Below the pieces are notes generated by a model. That model did not search any database. It saw only the letters and a list, made by a program, of their open reading frames with translations, and had not been told where the DNA came from. From Trichoplax adhaerens (taxonomy: Eukaryota > Animalia > Placozoa), in the NCBI RefSeq assembly GCF_000150275.1, contig NW_002060947.1:5433229-5497228 (forward strand): 64,000 nt of DNA, read 5' to 3'. The translations under genes were made by a program, and so were the position numbers. Below are positions 40,901-54,837 of the stretch, piece by piece. The first letter of the stretch is position 1; every line of letters starts with the position of its first letter.

Positions 40901-40986
40901 TTACTCTCTATGGTAACCAGTTTCGATATAGGTCAACTGACAGGGCTGCAAGAAAATTCAAGCTAAAATCAACGATTGATTTGTGA
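37952..40986 (+). CDS. POP4: Ribonuclease P/MRP protein subunit p29 (POP4/RPP29)
   Basis: Core exons ~39855-40079, 40168-40256 (FDDYMPLHNLWVDYM), 40406-40470 (KLLKADYHGCWIT), 40560-40661 (VTRSRCPSYIGISGIVLQETKN) and 40850-40986 (IPKTNNIF...LYGNQFRYRSTDRAARKFKLKSTIDL*). The 5' exons (37952-37979 MAETDAVND, ~39381-39436, ~39675-39733) are tentative. Confidence 0.9.
38113..38850. repeat. Minisatellite, 6 x ~120-124 bp, in the putative first intron of POP4
   Basis: Units start at 38113, 38237, 38359, 38481, 38601 and 38721. Units 2 and 3 are identical; units 4 and 5 share diagnostic variants (aatcgtacag, acacccctcg). Confidence 0.95.
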
Positions 40987-42109
40987 ATCAGTATTCATGC
41001 TTCAATTTTGATACAAGGCTGTATTAATTGTACTGTATTTGTTCATGATTCGATTTCTAACCAATTGTTATATTAACAGAAAATCTTTAGCGATATTTAA
41101 TTTAAGCCTTATTTGGTAATCCACTTGAAAATATTGATCTTTCTTGGATGCTGTTACGCATTCTCGAAGCACTCTAGGCTATTTAAGAATTCTATATTTC
41201 GAGAAAAACATATGTGTACAGTAAATGTATGTGTAAATAATACATAAAATATACAGTAATACGTGAGTGAATTATCGATAATTATAATTCATGTACGGAG
41301 TATGCACGAAATCGGATATGCTAAGCGCAAATTTTTACTCTTCAATGGGCAAAGATTTGGGCCCTAGTTAGAAGCCAAAGCCGTACACTATAAATAGTAA
41401 GTAAGAAAATCTAGATGCCATTCATCAATAGACTAGGCGATGCTAACATCACATTTATTACAGTAGAAATTGAATTCTTATAATGATTATTTGTAAATTC
41501 GCCCAGTGGGAATCACCACCTGGCATTATTTCAATCGGTGCCGTAGAATATAAACCCAGTTCAGTAGATAGGGGTGTAACACAGTCAATAGTAGCTATTC
41601 GATTATATTCTTACTGATATTAGCAGTCATTCATTACTTATAATGACGACATGGATTCATTTTTTTTCATCTTTATGCAACGCTAATTTTGCATTACTTG
41701 AATTTCTTGTCAGAATTTTCTTTTTTAAAGTAGGTATGTATACTAGTATGGGAAGTTGAAGACGTTGCCAAGTACTGTTTGTTAGTTACGGATACCCACC
41801 CATACAGTAATAGCTGACATTTGATCCGGAAGCATTGATGTTTTTAGAAAGGAAGGGTGAGGGAGCTAATGCTGTAACGTCTAATCCTATTGCCATATTT
41901 CAATTTGAGCAATATGACGATTCAAAGAATTGTGTTGTAGATGTATCATTTCCCCTATCAGTTATTCTGTAACTTAGGCGTAGTAACTACTGTAATTAGC
42001 AGATTAATCCATTCAATGAAGGGTATTAACAGTATTATAGTCTAGCACGGTCATTATTGATATTTCTTGATGATATTTATGTTAGTCAATCGTATGCGTA
42101 CACGTGGAC

Positions 42110-43160
42110 AGTGAGCAGTACAGTACTGTGCACCGTGCAGTTCTGTCGAGCCAGTCATCTAGCTCATTTACAGTATACTGTACTGTACAGTACAGTGTAA
42201 AGTTGTCCCTTTTGAGCATAAAGTTAACCAACCATAAGAAACTAGAATACTGTACTGTACTGACTGACTTACCGTACAGTATCATGCTACAGTACTACTG
42301 TACACTGTACACTGTACACTGTCGTACGCGCCCGAGAACCCTGCAATTGGCATACTGTACAGTACCGTACTGTACACAGTATGTACAGTACAATGCAGGC
42401 CATACTTTACACTGTAGAGTATTCAACATTTTGATACACGATTGAACAGTACAGTACAGTACTGCTCCAACATTACTTGTCAACGCACATGGGGAAGAGG
42501 TCAGCCCAGCACTCAGCAGTTCCCCCAAAAATAAAAAACAGATGAAAAAGTGACCACATCCCACCGTGCTACACAGTGCAGTGTAAACAGGGAAAGTACT
42601 GTACAGTACAGTATGTACTACAGTACTCAGTGTTTGTATCACAGTTATCATCACACAGTACAGTACAGTACTACAGTAGTGTACACTGTGCAGTACAGTA
42701 CATGTACTGTACGTATTAGAAAGGTTGTGTGATAGCATGCGAGTACGTCTGAGCGGATCAATATTAAACCGGGAAAGCTGGTCAAGAAGTGAGAAAGACG
42801 TTATCGTTCTTTTAGAAATCCCTTCTTTGAAGTAGCCCCTGGCGTAAAATACAGTAAAAGAGAACGTCAAACGTCTGGCCCTCCCTCCACGACTATTGTG
42901 CTGTACAACAATTTAATAATAATAATAATGATAATAAGTATAATTAATTATTATTATATAATATATTGTACTGTACAGTACTGTACAGTGTACAGTGTTA
43001 TACAGTACTGTACTGTACAGTACAGCACACTACTTTACAGTACAATGTATACTGAGTGTACAGTACTGTACAGTACTGTACTGTACAGTGCAATGAGACC
43101 CAAGTGCAATACACTACAAATACTGGATGCAGTACAGTACTATAGAGTACTGCACACTGG
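42110..43160. repeat. TACAG/CTGTA low-complexity satellite upstream of LARP1
   Basis: Dense CAGTA/TACTG runs and TACAGTACTGTA palindromes. They give rise to the YCTV/YSTV-rich spurious ORFs. Confidence 0.85.
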
Positions 43161-44077
43161 TAACCGTTATGTGAGTGCAATTGGCAGACGGACAGAAGCT
43201 GTCCCNNNNNNNNNNNNNNNNNNNNNNNNNNNNNNNNNNNNNNNNNNNNNNNNNNNTTCGTCACCGGTTGAAAAGGAACGAGCCCATGTGCTACGAGTGA
43301 AGTCATCCAAACGCGTCACTTGTTGCACTGGAAATCAGTCATTTGCTTCTATTTGGTGTTTCTTCTTGGCTGAAGAGTTGGATAGCGCATTTAGCGTGAT
43401 ATTTGCCTAGCTGACAGTTGGTTAATGTCTTCAATCGGTAGCTAAGAAAATTCAATTTGGCCTACAAGCATTGACTTTGAATTTTCTGAGCTTCGGACTA
43501 GCGACCATCGGTACTGTAGTCGACAACCTCACGTATACGATAGTATCAATAGAATCTCTATCCTCGTGGTTTTAAAGCAAAGCAGTCATTTGACCGGAAA
43601 AAATTTTTCATTCACCAGTGACGTTGAATCGCCACGCCATTGACTGACCTATTGAAAGTGTCTTCGTATCTTTTCGCCTTGAAGCTTCAACAGTGGAGTT
43701 TTACACAAATATCAGATTGCAATAACGTATCTGGTATCTCATTATCCAATAGTTATACTGACCTTTTCAAGATTAACACAAAGAATACTCAAGAAAAGGG
43801 TCGTCTTATCGGTGATCAAAATCTGTCGTTTAGACAAGTTTCAATTGAACTTCACCAAAGCTTCTCCAGTTAGCTACTGTGCGATCTATAGTTGCTTTGC
43901 GGTGTCCCCTAATTGGGCAGAAGAGGGATTATTAGTTTAGACTTTGCTTAGTCTAGCACAAAATATCCCCTAACTCTTGGTTCCTGCCGGACTTGTGAAA
44001 TATTCATTTCACGCCATTGTCAAAAGTTCAGCGATCACTGATTACCTTGCAAGCTACAAGTGTGGTAGTACTCGAAT

Positions 44078-47000
44078 ATGGAAGCGGAACTGGCCAATAA
44101 GGTAGATGAAATCAAATTGGTTGACAAGGAGTCGAAGAACTCCAAAGAGAACGATGGAGTTAGCAAGCCAAATGAAACTGTAACTCCAGAAGGCGAACAT
44201 GATGAAGGAAAACGTTTACCAAAGAAGGCAGCCTCGGATAGCGAGAATTCTGGTAAAAATCCATGGCAAAAGCCGTCTCCAACAAATGAAGTTGGACGTA
44301 AGTTGACAATGTCTTTGTGTAGGCTATTACATGATATCAAGTTTTATTGGATTCTGTGTGACCTCAGTTGAACAAGTAAATTCAGTCTGCATCAATGATG
44401 TTATAGAATCCATTTTGGCATCCTCATTCCTTTTATTTATAGTTTCTATCGATTAAGTCAGCGTACAGTAATGCATGATCTTCGATCACGTTAATAATAC
44501 ACATTTGCTATATTCTTATCATCTCAAGGTACTGTATTTGATTTATTACTCAGTGAACGTTAATGCAGTAGTCTACGCTGCGTATCTGTAGTCATTGAAA
44601 GTGCATGGCTATTTCCCCGTAATCATTTGGTAATGAAATAGATAGCTTCAAAAATTCAATCTTCCAATTTCTACGATTGATTTTAGATACTGAAAAGCGT
44701 AGCTCAGCCAATACTACTCCAATAGCTAGTAATGGTCCTAGCGTTAAAGAGACTAGTCGGCAACAGAAACCGTCAAAGGTATGTAATTGCATCGGATTTC
44801 CTTGGCTTTATTCGTTGAAGATTTGAATGCATTCTATAGGTTGAGTACTGTATAGTGTGGTACAGTAGTCGTGCACTCGATTGATTCATTTCATTCTTAC
44901 ATTCTGTCTCTTGTGTCCTTGATAACGGTGGCATCTTTGGATTTAGTTCTATTATAGCACTAACTTTATTACCTAGTTGGATATGCTTTTTTTAGTTTGA
45001 TTACCAGTGAAAGTGTTTTTAGCATTGATTTAGTACTATTTCTTACAATGATTATAAATACGGCAGAATGGATCATACGATTGTGGTATCTCGCGGGAGT
45101 ATTCTTTCTGACAGTACACAGTAACTTATGTTATCATTTTGTTTTTAAACAGGCTAATTTAGTTGATGTAGAAAATTGGCCGACTCCAAGTGAAACAGCA
45201 GCAACCCAAGGTCCTAATCAGGTTAGCTCGAGCGAATGATTGCTCTCTATTGGAGCGAATTTATTCATTATTGAGTCATGAAATGGCCATTTTTTTTTTA
45301 CTGGTAACTATGTTTCATCATTTTTTCATTCATGCATAGTACATTATACAGTATGTTACTATGCGCATACAAGATCGAGATCGTACGTAGTCTGTATAGG
45401 CATGAGACCACTCCTCTCTCTGTCATGCAAACAGTACTCATGTGGTCCGGTCCCAATCTACAGTACAGTACTGTAGATTACAGTCTCCCAAGCTACGGTA
45501 CTACCAAAAAAGTGGGTTGATCATGTTGAATTGGATGCACCCTTGTACGGGTACCCTGATACACTAGTTCTGTATGAGAGCTAAAGGAGTCGACAACGCA
45601 TGTCATTGCTCATTTGCACCTTACAGTACATACAATTATTCTAGCGGGCATGGTACTGTAACTGCCACTGGACTAGCCAGCCGGTTTGGTACAGCATGTC
45701 TGAAAATTCCACGCGTGCTATGTTCCACACTTTCCATTGTACTGTATACCGTACAGGGCAGTCCCATTTTTTTCATACTAAAGGCAATCAATCCATGTAG
45801 GCTTGGGCAAACGCCTGTAAAGCAAAAAGTTCTCGTGGAAAAGGCACAAGACTTCATCAACTCGTACTAAAATGCCTAAATGATGCAGCATTAATGCTAC
45901 AGTGAATATTGTGGTATCGTAGATGGAAAAGGAATAAATCCTTGACATTAACTTCCAGTATAGGACTGTCTGCTAGCCGGAACAGTTCGCTAACTCTTTG
46001 ACGGACAACTTTGAACAATAAGGAACTCGTAGAAATGGTTGTCACTCAAAGTAACGATAGAACCGATAAAAGTACGACATCGCTTATTCAGAAATACAAC
46101 TTTTCTCTTGATACGCTGCTGTGTTTACATTGCCAGACGTTATATCGGATAGTGAAGGAGTGATGCAAAAAATAATGGCTTTCCACTAGTAGTTCTGTCG
46201 TTTTATTTGCTTACGCCCCCGTTGAAAGCACGTGATTAGAATAGAATACTGGAAGGCGAGAAGGGCATGGAAAATAGATGGAGTCGAGTAGAGTATGTTG
46301 TACTTCCTCGTTACCGACTCTTACGTATTCGATTCCCATTCCTATCACTTCCTGGTCTTGAGTCAATACAGTGATAAATCGATGTCGTTTCTCAACTTAT
46401 CGTCTTATCATATGGAATACATGGCATTGGTACATTTCTGTAATGGTTGCAACATCTCTTCCACTATTTGCCAACAGTTTGCGTTCTATGATCGCTTTCG
46501 TTTTTTATGAATTAGGTAGTGGTATCGATGCCAAGGACAAAATTCATCGGATGTATTCATGTCATAATAACCTATCGGTTGACGTAATAATAACAATAAT
46601 AATCAACTATAAAATTGTTAATCATGCAATAAGGTGTTGATCTTGGTCGGAGCTTGGCACCTTTCCGTTGAGATTGATATTGGATAATAATATAATTGAA
46701 AGATCATTTTTAACAGGATCGATTTAGTTTTTACCTTATGACTTTAACCGAATGATTATAATTACCATCAGACGGGTTTGAAAGTAGCTTCTGAAAGTTT
46801 TAAATGTTAACCCCTGTAAAATCTTGTACGATATCTTGACTTGTCATGCTTTATCATCATTTTTCTGAAATAATGTATGATAGAATGCACTTTACAGCGT
46901 ATCTAAAGTCTCGTGGAAATTTTGCAAGACTAATGAAAAATTATTCATTTCGTAATATCCAGATACCAAATAATATTCCTGCTAATGCTGGAGATAACGC

Positions 47001-50000
47001 AACTGCATCCGTTAAAATTACAAAAGATCAACAAGAAGAAAACCCAATACAAGCATCACCAACAGCTGAAGAAAGCAGCCAGAAAGTTGGGAAAAAGAAG
47101 AGTAAGTGTATAGTTCTTAAGCATTAAATGCCTACCTTGTGGGATTGATGTTGTTCATTGGATGACAATTTCTATTGATAATATTGCCCATTTCTTACAA
47201 CAGATATAATATTCTACAGTAGTACTTACGGTAGACATGTAAATCTTAGATTAATGACTATTTTTTAGCCACTAGATGCATTAGTCAAATATTCATCAAT
47301 TACAGTTGTAGTAATTGTTGCGTTAACTGTATTGTTTGATACCCCATCAGCCAAAAAGTGGGTCCCTCTGGAGATTGATCCTGTACTCCATCATCAGAGA
47401 ACAAATGAACATGATGACAGACAGTTTGGAAGTCATCCAAGAGGCCATGGCAGACATTCAAATCATGGTGTATCTGGTCATGGTGGTAATCACCATCATA
47501 GGAATAGTAATAATCGTAATAGGGGAACTCGAGCCCGTGGAAATAATAAAAATAGAAATCGTGGTGGCAATAATAGAGGTGAGTATTAATTAAATGTGTA
47601 AATTGACTCACTATCGGCTTTCGATTTCATAATATGTAAATGAACACTTTTTTATCATTAGTTGAAAATAATCATCAAGGATATCCAAGGCAACATCAGC
47701 CTCCTTACATGTATCCCACAGTCAATAATATGATGCCTCAACCGCAAACTATGGCGGCTACTGCAGCAGCTATGGGAACAATTTATCCTAATTATAACAT
47801 TTATCAGCAAACGTTTTATAATCAACAAGCTGCTCTTTATAATCCATCTCTATATCAACCTGTAATACAATCGGATCAAATGGCTTTAAAGGATGCTATT
47901 CGAAAACAAATGTAAGATCCCATTGGTCATCTTATTAATAATACAATGTAGCATGAATTTATATAGTACTATCTTTGTGGTATATAGAATTTAGTAAATT
48001 TTGGTACGTTATTTGGCAAAGTACAGGAGTGTGATGAAGACATTATTATTAGTGTGTAATAGAATACTGTATTGCCGCCATATGTAGATATTTAATTGAA
48101 ATTAAAAAAGCATGGATTAAATTATTATTCTTATTACCTAATGGTATCACTTGAATGCGTAACACTTCATAAAGATATTTATAACGTTAGTTTTGGTATA
48201 CTGATATATTCGATTTTATAGTAAGTTCGTAATAATTATAATTATCTAGATCTCCATTTGACTTGTTTTTATTTCATTTGTAGTGAATACTACTTTAGCC
48301 AAGAAAATCTTTTAAAAGATTTTTACTTGCGCCGTCAAATGAATGCAGATGGTTTCATCCCTGCAAAAACAATTGCTGTATTTTACAGAATGCAAAAATT
48401 AACGAAAGATGTCAACGCTATTGTCAATGTAAGGATATGAATATAATGCGTACTTAACGTTGTTCTGTTGACTCGGCAAATATTTTTTTAACTTTACTTG
48501 ATTTATAATCAATTAATTTCATACTATTTACCGTAATACAGTAGTGTATAGTGTATTCACAGCGATTTTACTGTAGATAATCTCAATCTTATCTCTGCTA
48601 CCTTTTCATTTTGCTTAGGCCGTAAGTGACAGCGAAGTCGTGGAAGTAATAGGTGATCAACTACGGTGTCGAATTGACCCGAAAAAGTGGCCAATGCAAC
48701 CGGAAGGTGCGATACCGGAAGCTAATCGGCCGTTATGGGAAAATACTACTCCTCGTCAAGAACAAGTGCAAGGTATTGCACAGTAATATAACCCTGCGAA
48801 AAAATAAGAAAAACGTCGATTTGTCATACTGAACTTTCGTCGCCATTATATTGATACTAATTCGCAAGAACGAGTATAAAATCTCTTGAAAGTATTATCA
48901 TAAAAATTATGAATAATTTACAATGATACGACGCAAACAAATTGAGTAGTTTGAAGTGTAAACGCCGTGGTACTGTATATAGTCTTGAATTTACACGGGA
49001 ATCAAGTGAAATTATAAAGAATCTTTTATTTTGAAAAGAAGTTCAGTAATTAGCTGTACTTAAATTTGTTGGTACTATCGATCAAGAAATCGATAGCTTC
49101 ACAAGATAATACCTTTGCGATAGGTTAAACTGACCGACTTTAGAAGAAACATTTATTTTAAAATATATGGTACCAAACGCCATTGACCAATGCAATGATT
49201 GAATAAGATACAGTACAACACTTGACTTCAACCTAAAGAAATAAATTGTCAAGTGCCATAGTATTTTTTATGATATAATCTGTTGTATGCCATATAACGT
49301 GTTTGCCTTTTTGTTTGTAATTTATATATACTTCACAAAAAAATATATGTAATGAATGAGTTATCACATCAATGTGTATCGGTAGTTTTACCGTTTTCAA
49401 CAGTAACTCTATTACGTTATGGTAAGCGTTGATACTTTGTCATTGTTGGATAATTCATGGAATGACTTAAATGTCTACCAGTTTGGCGTGCATTGTCAAA
49501 GTTTGCGTTTTAGCAAAAATTTACCAACGTCTAACCTTTAGTAATACCTACGCTGTTGATAATAAGGCTGACAAATAGACGTCATGTAATTAAAGTAGCT
49601 TGCTAGTTTTGTTCTTTAACTCGTGCAAGTGGGTATTTGCACGGTAATATCCAACATTGTATATTACTAAGTTCCTACAGGCATCCCTAACTAGTAAGTA
49701 GCCAATACTTATTATTATTATAATTATATTCCGTATTTTAGCAAAGCTCATCCCAATAAGTTTCGCTAATCTTTAAATGTGTAGTTAATATGTCAGTGCT
49801 TAATCTAAGTTGTATGCTGCTGACATTAGTAGAAAATTAACTGTGATCATAATGAAGAACTAATACGGTATAGTGCTGTAATACAGTACTTCTTTTGCTA
49901 CTAAATATTAAAACAAATTGGTGTACTAATACTTATCTGCTAAGCCCATTTAATCAGAAAGATGTTTTAAGTTTACTATGATATCGTGCAGTATATCCGT

Positions 50001-50302
50001 TGATCGATTTTTCATTTTTAAGTTAAGGGTATCAACCTTACTAAATAATTATTAATAACTGATCATGAAATGTATCATGTATATTATCACAGCGCAGTAA
50101 TGATATCAATTTGCTACTATTGTAACCTTAAAATATAGCTCACAGTTACGAGTAGATTGATTTAGTTATGGTATTGTTTTTGCTTATTTTGTTACTACGG
50201 TAGTTGATAACGATTTAGTTAAGCGATGATTTATTACAAGGTAGATTGTTAGTGGTTCACACTTGTTGTTGCTCCTGTATACAAACATAAAATATATCAT
50301 AC

Positions 50303-50336
<34 letters not shown>

Positions 50337-53300
50337 TTACGAGTAATCTGCATACATTTAGCATGACCACTCATCAATTAAAAGCTTTTGCTTCTTAACC
50401 ATCAGTTGCTTGTTTTATCTTTGTGGTTATTCTGTATCTTGTTGTATTTGCATGTCATTATTACTAGATGCTTAGTTTACGCTGGTTAAGTATATTATTA
50501 AAATGATAAGTCCCGGAACTAGTTCAGGATAGAAGATGATTAACAGTTACTATTTAAATTCATTACAGAGGAGAGTCAGTCTAATGTTACGAGAAAATCA
50601 AAGGGTGAAAGTGGAGCTAATTTTGAAGGTCAGATTACTCTTCTGGAGCTAATCTAAGCAATTGTATTAATACTTTAATACGTCTGCTTTGTCTTCTTTC
50701 GATACTATACAATTTTTAATTAGGCTAAGTACGATACTGTAGTTTTAATAAGGGTAATGTACAGTGTACATATACACGCATAGATGTGTATTTGCAGCTT
50801 ACCATTTATTTATTCCAATGTATAGATAGATATACGAGATACATAGCTAAATTATTTGTTATTAAGTTAGAAACCTTTTGGCGAAAAAAATCAGACAGTG
50901 ATAGCTGCTAAAGTATGATTGAGCGATTTATACGTACTTAATTTCAGGTAGTAGTATGCCTCAGGTCGCTCAAACGAATCCGCCATTACCTGAAGCGGAG
51001 AAAAATCAGAAAGGTAGAACCGAATTTTTTCTGTAGCTACAACAATGTGTTAATTATATGGTGACTTGCTATCAATCCTAAGTACTATGGTCTGTCAAGG
51101 AATCTAACTTGCTAAATGAAATCTAGAGGTCAACCTTCAAATACTTTAGTATATCAGTACGAAGCAGTTAAGAAAACAATAGATTATAGCATGATTTCAA
51201 ATTTGATTCAAAGCAATTTAGTAAGGTTGCATTGATATTTAACCAAATGGGATTATATGGCATGAGTATCCAGATAAAATTTTATAATTAAATTTTCCCA
51301 TATTGGATTTGAGCCTTTAGTGATCATAAATATTTCAAAATTTTTTCTTGTATTTACGATTCTTCCAATTTCTTTGTAGACCCTGACCTTACTGCCGATA
51401 ATGAATCGGAAAAGGCTGATACTTTTAAAACTGTGAAAGGTAATTATAGTCTTCGTTGTTTATGTTATAGGCCCTAATTAACAATATACACTTGTAGCTT
51501 TTCTAATAAAACAGTGCGGCTACTTGCTTATGAAGTCAGCATAGTATGACCTGTTGCATCAATGTGCTTTTTGATAAATTTATCAACATTTGATGATTGT
51601 TGGTAACTCTTTCATTGAATACGTTATATCTGCTAGACACTCATGAAGAAAAAACGAAAACAACTAGAACGCAAGGTATGACAAGCAAGCTACGTATATG
51701 AGTAATACAATTGCTACCAGCAAAGTTTCACTGTCTTTCCGTCTGATACATGTATAAATATAACATGTGGCTTGTTAATTAGTTATTCAATGGCACAGTA
51801 TGTAACCGTATTGGCTATTATTAATTATTCGTTTGCACGTTATATTATACCCGTTATGTATCTAAAATCTAACAGAGGAGAGTGTATCTACTACAGCTTC
51901 CGTACAGAAATCAAATTATGGTAATTAAACCACTTTGTCTAAGTTTTACTGATGGGACTATTTCATATATTATTTTACCAAATTTATAATAAGTTTGATT
52001 GGTATATTCTCGTTAATCCTATTCTATATTGCGACGCCACTTTGATTGTATCTGATTTTAAAATTTGTTTACAAGTACACTTGTATAAATGTAATTAGTC
52101 ATAATAATGTTAAACATTTCCCATGGTATGCGTCAAAGTCGACAGGAATAAAATTTTAATTCATTGCTGTCTATCGATATTATTCTGTAATATTCTATAG
52201 GAAGCTCAGTGCATACAGAAAAATGGCAAGAAGTAAGAAGAAAAAAGTGGCAAAATACGAAGCCAAGCAAGGTTTTTGATCATGTCCTATTGATAATACT
52301 GTACTTAGTAGGAGTCTTTATAATTTTCAATTCCTTGCAAAAATTAAAATTTATGTATATTTATAATAAAGAAATATGGTGAAAAATTCACAAGTCAAAC
52401 CTATCAAGGTAGCAACTATGATAGAGAATTAGAATTTGACTTGGAAGAGGAGCTACAGTTTGGTGGGAGAAAGAAAACATTTTCTGAGTGGTACTATCTG
52501 CTTATGCTTTTTTTCATTGTATCTTGCTATCGTGGTATATTTAAAGTGCTGTATTGTAATATTTATTTGTTCAATTAAATCCAATGAACTGCACAATCTT
52601 CCTTATAGGTCTGACGACTCAGATGAAGAATTTGATGATGGTGATGTGCAGAAAATCATAATAATTACGCAGACGCCATATATAAGTAAGAAGCACCCTA
52701 GTGGTGATCGAACTGGTGTCTTTACTTCTAGAAATAAAATGACGGAACAGCATGCTGAAATTATCAATGAAGGGTTATATTATTACGAACAAGTTAGTAG
52801 CTATTCTTTTCTGCTTTCAATGTTCCTTTCGTTTCCTTAAGGTGCAAATCTTCATTTACAACGTCTAATAATTGCCCTTTGAAATTTAATTAGGACTTGC
52901 AGATAGGTGCAGGTTACAAGGTACTTTTAACATCAGTTTATCAGAGTTGATTACGGAACTGCTAGTATGTATGCATTTACTATATGTTTTTATGGCTAAT
53001 TGCTCCTATGTCTAATTTAGAATGAAGTTTCAAGCTGCTTCAAAAAAGTAGATGTAATTTCATCTAAAGAATTTGAAAGTCAATTACATAATAGTGATTC
53101 CTATCGAAAACCTAACGTCCAGGAAGATTTTCCTTCGTTTTATGTTGATAAAGATCAGGATAGCAAAGATAGCAGCAAAAGTGAAGGTAAAAGTCAAGAG
53201 AAGAGACAACGAGCAGCTTCCAAAGGTAATAAAAAGACCGATGCTATAGTCATCGGTAAAGGTGCAAGTGGAGACAAACAGAGAACGAATAAGTCATACG

Positions 53301-54837
53301 ATAAAGTAGAGGCAAGGTTTTACCCGTTACCGAATAAATCGCAATCGATGGCGAAGAAGGTAGTAAATGATAAGTTTTGCTGTAATAATAATATTTTCAT
53401 TACTCAACTCGTAATCGTTAAAGTAGCTGCTAAATATATACCAACAATATCGATAGGCAACAAACAAACAGAAAACGAAATACAGTCGCAATCCTCCAGT
53501 TGAAAGCCATGTTGGCTGGGTGATGGGAGCTGAATCCTATGGTTCTAAAAGTTCAGAGTAAATATTAAATATTCATAACAACATTTTCCGTACTATATAA
53601 TTATTTCCCGTAATACAATTATTTATTTAAATTTTACCAATCGTAAATGTATTCTCGCTAGAATGAGCGATGCCACAAACGAACTAGTAGCTGGTGAGAG
53701 TAGTTATTCAAGCTCATATGGTACACCACGATCAATTCCTAAATTTCAGCATCCTTCACACGAAATGCTTAAAGATAGCGGCTTTACTAAGTTAGCTTAT
53801 TCAAAGTTTAGAGTGAAGTGTCTTAAAGGTAAGTAGTATATTCATATTGACATTTGCAATTGCATATTCCATGCAAGGAAATCTTGGCAGCTCAGCATAA
53901 CTTTTTATCATTCGTATTCGTGCGTTCATTATAAACTAAACAGAGCGACAGAAACTCGGAATTGGTCAGTCTCAGGAAATGAATACGCTATTCAGATTTT
54001 GGTCTTTCTTTTTGCGATCACATTTCAATAGGTTTATTACCATACTATTAATAATCCTTCTATTAAACCTATCCCAGTATTGTGAAATTAAATAAAATCG
54101 TAACCTAATTATTCCCCTAGAAATATGTACGAAGAATTCAAACAGTATGCAGTCGAGGACAGCAAAGCTAGTTATAGGTATTTAAATTATCTCTAAATAC
54201 TATTTTATTTACGAGAATATCGATCTAAATCGAAATTTTGGTTTTGGTTAACATTTGGATATCTGAATTTATAACCCGATTTAATTGTTGCTTTTATTTC
54301 ATTCGAATAGATATGGCATCGAATGTCTTTTCCGATTTTACAGCTATGGCCTTGAAAAGAAATTTCGTAGCGATCTTATGCAAGATTTTCAAAAAGAAAC
54401 ACTTCAAGATTATAATTCTGGTACTATAATAACAATAATATAGTCAATTTCTATGCAAAATTACCGAAATATAATTAGTTTATAATGATGATTAAATTAT
54501 TTTCCACATGTGTGTGTATTTCGGGTCTGTAGGCAATCTCTATGGTTTAGAAAAGTATTGGGCATTCCGTAAATACTATAAGGTAAGTGTAGTTGTTTTA
54601 CACCTAGGTATGCAATTTTCGAGTACTTTATCCTTCTATGAACATTTTACGTAAATCATAGGGAAGTCGAAAGTATCATACAATGCCTGAGCTAGAGGTT
54701 GCTTTGTCAAAATATAAAGCGTTGGAAGATTTTCGAACGGTCAGTTGCATGATGATATATTATAGTGCACTATATAATTTGAAAGCTTTATCGATACGTT
54801 TTTCTGCCCTTAGGCTGTTGCACCTCAACAGGAATAA
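44078..54837 (+). CDS. LARP1: La-related protein 1 (La motif + DM15 repeats), >20 exons
   Basis: ATG at 44078. Motifs ENWPTPSE (45152-45221), KKWVPLEID (47351-), La motif KQI|[26 protein letters not shown]...IDPKKWP (47900-48690), KIIIITQTP...GDRTG...[10 protein letters not shown] (52608-52792), and DM15 [60 protein letters not shown]. Last exon 54814-54837 ends in TAA. Confidence 0.95.
50312..50336. repeat. (TA)n microsatellite in a LARP1 intron
   Basis: Run of about 12 TA dinucleotides. Confidence 0.9.

Noticed and set aside
41100-41900. Possible small minus-strand gene (MAIGLDVTALAPSPF.., ..YGFGF*, reminiscent of the histone H4 C-terminus)
   Set aside because: No histone fold and no unambiguous splice path; cannot be supported without transcript data.
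42082-43410. ORFs of up to 191 aa upstream of LARP1
   Set aside because: Same satellite artefact; two of them also read through an N gap.
45380-46300. GC-richer stretch with short ORFs in LARP1 intron 3 (possible snoRNA or transposon)
   Set aside because: No convincing C/D or H/ACA boxes, terminal repeats or protein motif found.
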